From Octopus sinensis (lineage: Eukaryota): a DNA stretch of 64,000 nt. The stretch spans positions 4,924 to 68,923 of the forward strand of contig NW_021836162.1 in the NCBI RefSeq assembly GCF_006345805.1. The letters are read 5' to 3'. Shown in pieces: positions 51,685-62,790 of this stretch. The first letter of the stretch is position 1; each line of letters begins with the position of its first letter. Made by a program: the position numbers and the translations under genes. The notes under the pieces are model-generated. The model saw nothing but the letters and a program-made list of their open reading frames with translations. It did no database searches and was not told where the DNA came from.

Positions 51685-52168
51685 CGGTACTACTTGAGAA
51701 CAGTGGTCCCGGTGCGCGCAGTCGCGTAGTCGCGCATCCGCGCTAGCTAGTCGTGACTAGTCGATCCCACCACGACTACCCAGCAAAGTAAATAAAACAC
51801 AAAATAAGATAATTTTTGTTGAACAAGGTAAATAAAACACGAAAACACAAAGTAAGGATCGATTAGTCACGACTAGCTAGCGCGAGTACGCGAGTGCGCG
51901 CACCGGGACCATTGTTCTCAAGTAGTACCGTACCACAGAAACAAGGTAGAATTTAAAAAGGGGATTAAGGGTGAAGAATATAGGTGAATAAAGGGCGAAG
52001 GTAAAAGAATAGGATCGACTAGTCACGATTAGCTAGCGCGAGTACGCGAGTGCGCGCACCGGGACCACTGTTCTCATGTAGTACCGTACCACAGAAACAA
52101 GATAGAATTTTAAAAGGGGATAGAGGGTGAAGAATATAGGTGAATAAAGGGCGAAGGTAAAAGAATAG
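51685..52168. mobile_element. CpG-rich fold-back element (75-83-bp TIRs) with a 156-bp tandem duplication of its right end
   Basis: Left TIR 51685-51767, right TIR 51856-51930, extra right TIR 52012-52086; no TSD recognised. Confidence 0.7.
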
Positions 52169-52713
52169 GTACAGCACACGTTTTGCGGCTGTTAGGGTTA
52201 TGGTTAGGCCGAAAACGGGTGGAGTGCGTATTCTTTACCTTATCCGAGTAGGGATTATGAAAGATTATGAAATAAAAACAGTAAGAAGTCGAAGAAAATA
52301 CGAGATTTAGAAAAGGGTACAGGTTACAAAGGTAAAGGTAAAGGGAATTTTTAGAAAATAGAAGAATTAGAGGTGAAGACGTTGTTTATGGGGTGTATGA
52401 AAAGCTGGCCAAAATATACGGAGAAAATGGACGAATTTAAAAGACGAAAGCAAACAATACCTGAAAGGTTGTTGAAGAATATTTAAGAAAAGTAGCGGGG
52501 AAAATGGAGAGGAATAAGAAATTCTAGAAGAAAGAATGAAAGATAAGACACAAAAATCTCAAAAAAAGCGAAAAGAAAAGAACCTGTAGCGCCTAGTTTT
52601 CGAGTTCCGGAACGAGTTGGTCCAATGTCTGGGTAAGGATCGACAACGACTACGACGAATACGTGTCTGTTATCTTGATTCTGGGATTCCTTTCGAAGCA
52701 GCCGGGGGATGGA

Positions 52714-52753
<40 letters not shown>

Positions 52754-53099
52754 GATGAAGAAGAAGCTGAGGGGACGAGTGTGTGAAGAGATGAGATTCC
52801 AGCAGTTAGCAGCGAGCGACAACAGTCGTAGAGAAAGTAGCAGAAGAACTGAGAGACGAAACAAGGAGGCACAGAGATGGAAAGTTTGAAAAGACAGAAG
52901 GCGATATTTTAACAAATCTCTGAACATCGTCGTAACACGCACAAAGCCACCAGTTTCTTTCGCGATAAAGGTTGTGTGTGTGAGACATTTGTCGCTTTTT
53001 TTTTTTTACCTTCTGTTATGAAATTCATTCACATCTGACTGGAAGCAGGCTTTATTGGAATGTATGAATATACATTCTCTCTCTCCCTCTCTCTCTGTC

Positions 53100-53138
<39 letters not shown>

Positions 53139-53260
53139 ATATAAGATATATATAAAAATACAAAATGGGACAAGAACGCAAAACATTCAAATAGATGACA
53201 CTAAAAACGGACGGGTCATTCGAAGCCTCAGACATATCTATATATATATATATATATTTA

Positions 53261-53314
<54 letters not shown>

Positions 53315-53327
53315 ACATATATATATG

Positions 53328-53394
<67 letters not shown>

Positions 53395-53475
53395 TATATA
53401 TACACACACATATATAATATATATATATTATATATATATATACACACACATATATATATATATATATATATTATA

Positions 53476-53520
<45 letters not shown>

Positions 53521-53676
53521 TGTGAAATAGAAAGATGAATAATCTTGTAGTAGATTAATCAAAAGTTTAACCGATACCTTAGTAGCAAAAATCACAGCAG
53601 TGAACAGCACGGTTGGAGGTACAACCATCTGGCGTAGCAACCGTGCGTTGGTGCGGATAATTGAAATTAAAACATT

Positions 53677-53819
53677 ATTGGTGAATTGAAGAAATGGAGC
53701 TGAACGCAGATTGAACAAATCGTTTTATTTCATTCTACACGTGTTTCGAAACACGTGTAGAATGAAATAAAACGATTTCTGTTCAATCTGCGTCAGCTCC
53801 ATTTCTTCAATTCACCAAT
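53677..53819. repeat. 143-bp near-perfect spacerless palindrome
   Basis: Centre gtgtttc|gaaacac at 53747/53748; ~70-bp arms differing by two small indels. Confidence 0.9.
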
Positions 53820-53859
<40 letters not shown>

Positions 53860-54112
53860 AATATATATATATACATACGTACATAGACATATATATATAT
53901 ATGTATATATATACAGACTTTTTACACAGGAACTTAGTTTGATTTGAAAACCCCACTAGAATGGAAGAAAGCTCTAATACATGATCTAAGTTATATGATT
54001 TATAAAAACATGTATATACAAATATATATATCTGTAAATATAAAACCATCTGAATTTCTGAGTTCTTCATTTCTTCAATATAAAATACCTGTACATCATC
54101 TCCAAACCTTCC

Positions 54113-54162
<50 letters not shown>

Positions 54163-54394
54163 TCACAACAACCTCGAACCACAAGTGTAAACAAGAGAGA
54201 CAGAGAAAGGCAGAAACAAAGAAAATGCCACTTATATTTGAACACCATACAAATATTCTTTTAAAAAAACTTTTAATTTTTCTAAATTTAATTATTTAAT
54301 CGTTACAGTTGAAAATGTCTCAAATAACCGAAACTGGTACTGAAATATTCTTTATAAAATTATTTTACCATTTTCTATCTTGACTTGTTTTTTC

Positions 54395-54431
<37 letters not shown>

Positions 54432-54941
54432 CAAATTGAGATAGGGGTTGCAAATTCAACCCTCCATGGGATAACATATATCCAATATACTACTAGTGAA
54501 CCATTTTCTTATTTTGTATATATATATATATATATACACACACACAGTAAGAGAGAGGTCGGGAGGGATGTATGCCAATGTATATATAGTTAATGGAAAA
54601 AGTAAATCTATCACCTGGGCCAAATCTGATAGACCCATGGTTATACAGAAGTTAACAACCCTAGAATTTCTACCCCTGACAGTATCACTGAAAGAGAATT
54701 AACATATTCCTTGTATAACATTTGCCTCATCCTTTGGTACATTTGTAATCTTCCCAGGAATACAAATATAACCCAAGATGAAGCAGCTGTTAAATTAATG
54801 ACTAGGAATATATTTTCTTTCAGAAGCAGCAGCAGTAGGCTAGAGAATCTGGGTTTGGTAATTTGGTTATGTCTGGGAGCCTATCAGTTTTAGCTCAGGT
54901 GACGGACTTAGTGAGGTCTGTAGTTTTTGTAGGAATTAAAT

Positions 54942-55893
54942 GGGATCTTTTCGGTTTGAACGGCAGTTTTTTTTAAATAATTTCCACGTAACTAAACACT
55001 TTTAAACTTCGTATACTGGTAGAATGTGTTTATAAAACATCTTATTCTCTTGAGAAAATTCTTATGGTTTGTAAGATATTTGTTGTTGTTTTTTTCTTCA
55101 ATTTCTGCAATTTCAACCAATCAATGACGTCTATTGAGGTGAAAACATTCTGTGCCGTATGAATATGTCCCTTGGGATCTTTTCGGTTTGAACGGCAGTT
55201 TTTAACATAATTTCCACGTAACTAAACACTTTTAACCTTCGTATACTGGTAGAATGTGTTTATAAAACATCTTTTTCTCTTGGCTTTATTGAGAAAATTC
55301 TATAGTTTGTAAGATATTTGTTGTTTGTTTTTTCTTCAATTTCTGCAATTTCAACCAATCAATGACGTCTATTGAGGTGAAAACATTCTGTGCTGTGTGA
55401 ATATGTCCCTTGGGATCTTTTCAGTTTGAACGGCAGTTTTTAACATAATTTCTAGGTAACTAAACACTTTTAAACTTCGTATACTGGTAGAATGTGTTTA
55501 TAAAACATCTTTTTCTCTTGGCTTTATTGAGAAAATACTATAGTTTGTAAGATATGGATCTTTTCGGTTTGAACGGCAGTTTTTAACATAATTTCCACGT
55601 AACTAAACACTTTTGACCTTCGTATACTGGTAGAATGTGTTTATAAAACATCTTTTTCTCTTGGCTTTATTGAGAAAATTCTATAGTTTGTAAGATATGG
55701 ATCTTTTCGGTTTGAACGGCAGTTTTTAACATAATTTCTAGGTAACTAAAAAATTTTAAACTTCGTATACTGGTAGAATGTGTTTATAAAACATCTTTTT
55801 CTCTTGGCTTTATTGAGAAAATTCTATAGTTTGTAAGATATTTGTTGTTTTTTTTTTCTTCAATTTCTGCAATTTCAACCAATCACTGACGTC
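54942..55893 (+). repeat. Second array of left ends of the 11611-12020 TIR element (232, 238, 144, 143-bp units plus a partial unit)
   Basis: Units start at (g)ggatcttttc: 54942, 55174, 55412, 55556, 55699. Confidence 0.9.
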
Positions 55894-56227
55894 GAGAAAC
55901 GTACACCAAACAAACGCATGACATACAATGCTTTTCTATATCTCCAGTTATGCTATTGCCTTGCTTGTCTCGACAAAAATTATGCAATAGTAAAACACTA
56001 ATTCTGCACAAACCTATGAGAAACTTGCAATGAAGCAAATATTCTCACTGCAGCCATGCTGGGGTACTGCTCTGAAAGGTTTAGTCAAATGACTTGACCC
56101 CTGTACATAATTTAAAGCCTTATCCCATTGGTCTCTTTCAGCCAGCTGTTAAGCTTTGGGAACATAGACAAACCAACACTGGTTGTAATGCAGTGGTGGT
56201 GGGAGAAACACATTGACATATATATAT

Positions 56228-56429
56228 ATCTTTTTACTTGTTTCAGTCATTTGAATGCGGCCATGCTGGAGCACCGCCTTTAGTCGAGCAAATCGACCAT
56301 GGGACTTATTCTTTGTAAGCCCAGTACTTATTCTATCGGTCTCTTTTGCCGAACCGCTAAGTGACGGGGACGTTAACACACCAGCATCGGTTGTCAAGCA
56401 ATGCTAGGGGGACAAACACAGACACACAA

Positions 56430-56464
<35 letters not shown>

Positions 56465-58010
56465 CATATATACGACAGGCTTCTTTCAGTTTCTGTCTAC
56501 CAAATCCACTCACAAGGCATTGGTCGGCCCAGGGCTATAGTAGAAGACACTTGACCAAGATGCTACGCTGTGGGACTGAACCCGGAACCATGGGGTTGGT
56601 TAGCAAGCTACTTACCACACAGCCACTCCTGCGCCTATATATATATATATAAGATTTGGGTGCAAACCGACACTGGTTGTCAAGAGGTGGTGGTATGGGA
56701 CAATCACACTGACCCTCACACATAAGCACATATAATAAAATCTTGGCAAAAACTTTGTAGTATGCTATGCAAAGCTCACCCACAGTTATTGGCTATCTGA
56801 TGTCATCATACAGTAGAAATGCTCTTGCTACTGGATATACATCAGGAATTCCATAGTACCTGTAAAGTTTCACTGTCTTTGTTCCTTGCATACCAGTTAT
56901 ATACCGTGTAATGTCCCATTCAAATTTGAGCCATTACAGATTCCTACCCCACTTTCTTTTGCCATGAGCATTAATAAAAGTCAGGGCCAAATACTAAAAG
57001 GTGCTTGATTGCAACCTGAAGAACAAACAGAAATTCGTATATGAAATCCATCTTTTTTCTATTTCAGTTCATCATCATCATCATCATCGTTAAACGTCCG
57101 CTTTCCATGCTAGCATGGGTTGGACGGTTCAACTGGGGTCTGGGAAGCCAGAAGGCTGCACCAGACCCAGTCTGATCTGGCAGTGTTTCTACAGCTGGAT
57201 GCCCTTCCTAACGCCAACCACTCCGTGAGTGTAGTGGGTGCTTTTTACGTGCGACCAGCACAAGTGCCAGACGAGGCTGGCAACGGCCATGATCGGATGG
57301 TGTTTTGTACATGCCACTGGCACAGAGGCCAGTCGGGGCAGCGCTGGCAACAGCCACATTCAGATGGTTCTCTTACGTGCCACTGGCACTGGTATCACAG
57401 CTACAATTTCCATTGATGTTGATCGATTTCGATTTTGATTGTCCCTGTCATTTTTTCTTGCCCCTCCTTAATTCTTGTCCCTTTGCCTCTACCTCAACTT
57501 TTCTCTTCCCACATGACCGGTATTCAGGCCAAGCCTGATCTTTCTTTCTTGTTACATGTTTTTCTCTTATATACTCTTTACTCTTTTACTCTTTTACTCT
57601 TTTACTCTTTTACTTGTTTCAGTCATTTGACTGCGGCCATGCTGGAGCACCACCTTTAGTCGAGCAACTCGACCCCGGGACTTATTCTTTGTAAGCCCAG
57701 TACTTATTCTATCGGTCTCTTTTGCCGAACCGCTAAGTAACGGGGACGTAAATACACCAGCATCGGTTGTCAAGCAATGCTAGAGGGATAAACACAGACA
57801 CAAAAACATATACACACACATACATATATATATATATACATATATACGACAGGCTTCTTTCAGTTTCCGTCTACCAAATCCACTCACAAGGCTTTGGTCG
57901 GCCCGAGGCTATAGCAGAAGACACTTGCCCAAGATGCCACACAGTGGGACTGAACCCGGAACCATGTGGTTGGTTAGCAAGCTACTTACCACACAGCCAC
58001 TCCTGCGTAT
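56228..58010 (-). mobile_element. SINE-A (56228-56638), RTE-X-like 3' UTR (57069-57440) and SINE-A (57585-58010)
   Basis: Identity to the families described above. Confidence 0.8.
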
Positions 58011-58198
58011 ATAATACACACATACAGGACAAGTAAACCTAAATCTGACTAACAGGACACAGCATTTGTAATTTCATTGGACTATTACTTACTGTTGTCT
58101 TGCCTTCCATTCATGTAATATAGTGTTGGAATTTCTGCTCTCACCCTGGTTCAGATTTGAAACTGAATCTTTCAATTCTCCTTAGGCATACTTCTTCT

Positions 58199-58588
58199 GG
58201 AGTGGAAGCACTCCGTCGGTTACGACGATGAGGGTTCCGGTTGATCCGAATCAACGGAACAGCCTGCTCGTGAAATTAACGTGTAAGTGGCTGAGCACTC
58301 CACAGACACGTGCACCCTTAACGTAGTTCTCGGGGATGTTCAACGTGACACAGAGAGTGACAAGGCCGGTCCCTTGAAATACAGGTACAACAGAAACAGG
58401 AAGTAAGAGTGAAAGAAAGTTGTGGTGAAAGAGTACAGCAGAGATCACCACCATCCCCTGCCGGAGTCTCGTGGGGCTTTTAGGTGTTTTTGCTCAATAA
58501 ACACTCACAACGCCCGGTCTTGGAATCGAAACCGCGTTTCTATGACCGTGAGTCCGCTGCCCTAACCACTGGGTCATTGCACCTCCAC
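58199..58588 (-). mobile_element. SINE-C with 12-bp TSD, inserted at the tail of an RTE
   Basis: TSD catacttcttct at 58187-98 and 58589-600. Confidence 0.9.
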
Positions 58589-58830
58589 CATACTTCTTCT
58601 AACCGCTCAGTCGAAGTTGTCTCTCGGTCACTCGATGGATCAGTGCCCTCCAGTCAGTTCTATCCTGGGCCGCTTCTTTTAGACTGGCTATGTCCATTCC
58701 GGTATCACTCTTGATGGTGTCAAGCCAGCAGGTTCTTGGTCGGCCTCTTCCTCTCTTGCCATTGACCATTCCGAGCATGATGTCCTTCTCCAGGGATTCT
58801 CTCCGCATAATATGACCGAAATATGCCTAT
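58589..58830 (-). mobile_element. RTE/BovB-like LINE 3' end, same family as 5005-6000
   Basis: AYFGHIMRRESLEKDIMLGMVNGKRGRGRPRTCWLDTIK...LRLSG*. Confidence 0.85.
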
Positions 58831-59093
58831 TCAAATGTCGAAGGAAACTGTGGTAAATGGGTCTTCCACTTCACCTGTGGCCTTTTCAGTGCCATCACAC
58901 AGTCCCCTGGATTCCCTAAAGCTATTCTTCTATATATCATTTTCTAGCTTCTCAGTTCTGATATGAGTATTAATAAAAGTCAGGGCCAAACACTAAAAGT
59001 TGCTGAATTGCAACTTGAAGAACAAACAGAAGTTTGTATATGAAACCCATCTTTTTTCTACTTTAATTGTTACATGTTTTTCTCTTATATAAT

Positions 59094-60254
59094 ACTAGCA
59101 GTATCGCCCGGCGTTGCTCGGGTTTGTAAGGGAAATAACTATATAAGCATTTTTAGAGATGTAAAGTATAATAGCCATCTCAATATGGGGGGGGGTGTTA
59201 CTGTAGCTTTTTACGTTCTGAGATATAATAATAAATTTTTAGAGAGTTACTTACATTATGATGGTAAATTTTTTTTAAATCGTAGACTCATCGTAGACGC
59301 GCGCTAATACCCAGAAGGGCTCAATATGAATTACAACTATAAGATACCCGGTTTTGGTTAAACTGCACCGCAAAATGTGGGAGTAGTTAGGAATCTAAAT
59401 CGTAGGAGACAGACAGCACACTACCTCACTTTTATATATAAAGATATATATAATATATATATATATATATAACTAGCAGTATCGCCCGGCATTGCTCGGG
59501 TTTGTAAGGGAAATAACTATATAAGCATTTTTAGAGAGTTATAGCCAAAAAATAGCAAAAAAATGGAAAAAAAATGATAGTAATTTTTTTTTTAATCGTT
59601 CAGTCCTCGTAGACATTTTTAGAGAGTTACATCCCTTATGTAATAGCGAAAAAAATGCATTAAAATGGAAAAAAATGATGGTAAATTTTTTTAAATCGTA
59701 GACTCATCGTAGACGCGCGCTAATACCCAGAAGGGCTCGATATGAATCACGACTATAAGATACCCGGTTTTGGTTAAACTGCACCGCAAAATGTGGGAGT
59801 AGTTAGGAATCTAAATCGTAGGAGACAGACAGCACACTACCTCACTTTTATATATAAAGATATATATAATATATATATATATATATAACTAGCAGTATCG
59901 CCCGGCATTGCTCGGGTTTGTAAGGGAAATAACTATATAAGCATTTTTAGAGAGTTATAGCCAAAAAATAGCAAAAAAATGGAAAAAAATGATAGTAATT
60001 TTTTTTTTAATCGTTCAGTCATCGTAGACATTTTTAGAGAGTTACTTCCCTTATGTAATAGCGAAAAAAATGCATTAAAATGGAAAAAAATGATGGTAAA
60101 TTTTTTTAAATCGTAGACTCATCGTAGACGCGCGCTAATACCCAGAAGGGCTCGATATGAATCACGACTATAAACTGGAGCGCAAAATGTGGGAGTAGTT
60201 AGGAAGCTAATTCGTAGGAGACAGACACATAACTTCACTTTTATATATATAGAT
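59094..60254 (+). mobile_element. Three tandem non-autonomous Helitron-like elements (59094-59445, 59472-59861, 59888-60254)
   Basis: Same termini as 36764-37164; identical (TA)-rich spacers between copies. Confidence 0.7.
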
Positions 60255-60956
60255 GTGCATACAAGACGAGTAATCCTAAATCTGAGAGCATCACGTGTGG
60301 GAGCAAAAGCAAATCTTTTTGCTTATGCATCCCGAAATAAGACAAAAAAAACATTGCAACTTGAATAAATGTATTTAAGTTAAGTTAATTTTTTGGCTCA
60401 AAAAGCAAAAAGCAAGGCCATGTAGGGGGACATGGAGTTATGTACAGGGAGAGTGTTCATACAAAGAGTTCAGGCCATTTCTGGTCAAGAGAATCTTTGA
60501 ACCAAGCAGTCGTCGGCATCTTCACTATCTCGTCTGGCAGCTTATTCCACGGATCCGCAACCCGGATGGAGAAAGCCCCTCTCCTTCGATTGAGATGAAG
60601 TCGTCGCAGATAGAGCTTTTTGAAGTGACCCCGCAGCCAACGTCAAATTCAAGAATGAGTAAATTACTTATTTAAATGAAGTGTATTATATAATTGCCAT
60701 TGATGTATTGATAAATAAAGTAACACATACAATTCACTTATTATTATCATATAATAAACAAACAGAAGTTCATGTATGAAATTAATATTTTTCTAGTTCA
60801 CTTATTATATGAGATCAATGCTTTCAAGAGATCAATCAGCTGAACTATATGCAGAGCAGTTTTTGAAACTCGGTGAAGGGTGAATTCCAATTGATGAAGA
60901 ACAGTTTCTTACACTCAGTCCAATATATAATTCAACTGAGTCCTTTGATGATTTGT

Positions 60957-61358
60957 GGCTACTTGTGAAGACCTGTTGAGGCAAGTGAAAATCAAAATCA
61001 AAATCAAAATTGATCAACATCAATGGAAATTGTAGCTGTGATACCAGTGCTGGTGGCACATAAGAGAACCATCCAAACATGGCCGTTGCCAGCACCGCCC
61101 CGACTGGCCTCCTTGCCGGTGGCATGTAAAAAGCACCATCCGATTGCGGCCGTTTGCCAGCCTCATCTGGCACCTGTGCCGGTGGCACGTAAAAAGCACC
61201 CCCTACACTCACGGAGTGGTTGGCGTTAGGAAGGGCATCCAGCTGTAGAAACTCTGCCAGATCAAGATTGCAGCCTGGTGCAGCCTTCTGGCTTCCCAGA
61301 CCCCAGTTGAACCATCCAACCCATGCCAGCATGGAAAGCGGACGCTAAATGATGATGA
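60957..61358 (+). mobile_element. RTE-X-like 3' UTR fragment with (GAT)n tail
   Basis: Family identity; interrupts the Helitron helicase fossil. Confidence 0.75.
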
Positions 61359-61412
61359 GTCTGTGAGCGAGCTATTCTGGTTCCAAAATATGTTGCTGTA
61401 AATAGCATTAAT

Positions 61413-62598
61413 GGAATGGAAGCACTCCGTCAGTTACGACGATGAGGGTTCCGGTTGATCCGATCAACGGAACAGCCTGCTCGTGAAATTAACGTGTAAG
61501 TGGCTGAGCACTCCACAGACACGTGTACCCTTAACGCAGTTCTCGGGGATATTCAGCGTGACACAGAGAGTGACAAGGCCGGCCCCTTGAATAGAGGTAC
61601 AACAGAAACAGGAAGAAGTAAGAGTTGAGAGAAAGTTGTGATGAAAGAGTACAGCAGGGATCACCACCATCCCCTGCCGGAGCCTCGTGGGCTTTAGTGT
61701 TTTCGCTCAATAAACACTCACAACGCCTGGTCTGGGAATCGAAACTGCAATCCTATGACCGCGAGTCCGCTGCCCTAACCACTGGGCCATTGCGCCTCCA
61801 CAGAATAAGTACTGGGCTTACAAAGAATAAGTCCTGGGGTCGATTTGCTCGACTAAAGGCAGTGCTCCAGCATGGCCGCAGTCAAATGACTGAAACAAGT
61901 AAAAGAGTAAAAGAGTAAATATTCTGAAGACTCTTTAGAAGAAACTGATAGTTTCTGCTAGCTAAATGACCACATTAGTTGTAGGGCTGAATGCTATCAT
62001 CCCCTACATTCATCACAAACCCAACACAATCTTCTCTCTTGCATACTACGCATGATTCCTTTTGTTGCCGGATTATCTCTCAGTTTATTTCTTGCTCATT
62101 GTTCGTGTCCCCTAACATGACATATTCCAGTGGAGCGTGCTCCCTTCATTCTTCTTTCTAGTCTTTGCATATTCTCAGTATTTAAAGACCTATACTCTTT
62201 TACTTGCTTCAGTCATTTGACTGTGGCCATGCTGGAGCACCGCCTTTAGTCGAGCAAATCGATCCCAGGACTTATTCTTTGTAAGCCCAGTACTTATTCT
62301 ATCGGTCTCTTTTTTGCCGAACCGCTAAGTGACGGGGACGTAAACGCACCAGCATTGGTTGTCAAGTGATGTTGGGGGGACAAACACAGACGCACAAACA
62401 TATACACAAACACATATACACATATATTCATATATACGACGGGCTTCTTTCAGTTTCCGTCTACCAAATCCACTCACAAGGCTTTGGTCAGCCCGAGGCT
62501 ATAGTAGAAGACACTTGCCCAAGATGCCACACAGTGGGACTGAACCCAGAACCATGTGGTTGGTAAGCAAGCTACTTATCACACAGCCACTCCTGTAC
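61413..62598. mobile_element. SINE-C (-, 61413-61800) fused to a SINE-A 3' fragment (+, 61801-61918); SINE-A (-, 62195-62598)
   Basis: Family identity; no TSD at the SINE-C/SINE-A junction. Confidence 0.8.
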
Positions 62599-62599
62599 T

Positions 62600-62790
62600 G
62601 AACATTTAAAATGAATGGAAACCCAAGGAAGAGGGAAACCAGGGAAGACTTGGGATGAAGTAATGAAGCTGACCTTAAGATGTTTCATCTCATGAAAGAG
62701 ATGATAAAGGACCATGTTGAATGGTGGAATGTGGTGTTGGAGAAGACTACCACCCATGCAAGTATAGCAAAATAGACATTAAAATGGGGT
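62600..62790 (+). mobile_element. Decayed RTE-X-like ORF2 end
   Basis: GRGKPGKTWDEVMK/DLKMFHLMKEMIKDHVEWWNVVLEKT resembles the GRPRKTWDEVV C-terminus seen at 6180-6340. Confidence 0.55.

Larger units (their letters stand above)
55977..61945 (+). pseudogene. Scattered fragments of a Helitron RepHel PIF1-like helicase
   Basis: KLCNSKTLI..EANILT (55977-56052); VFVPCIPVI/PCNVPFKFEPLQIPTPLSFAMSINKSQGQILK (56875-57000); MSINKSQGQTLKVAELQLEE (58963-59025); ASRVGAKANLFAY (60288-60350); MRSMLSRDQSAELYAEQFLKLGEG*IPID (60809-60955); CERAILVPKYVAVNSIN (61362-61412). Confidence 0.7.

Noticed and set aside
50920-53000. Hypothesis that the CpG-rich block is a reversed (non-complemented) assembly artefact
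   Set aside because: Other dinucleotide asymmetries that I spot-checked were not inverted, and no known repeat became recognisable when read backwards.
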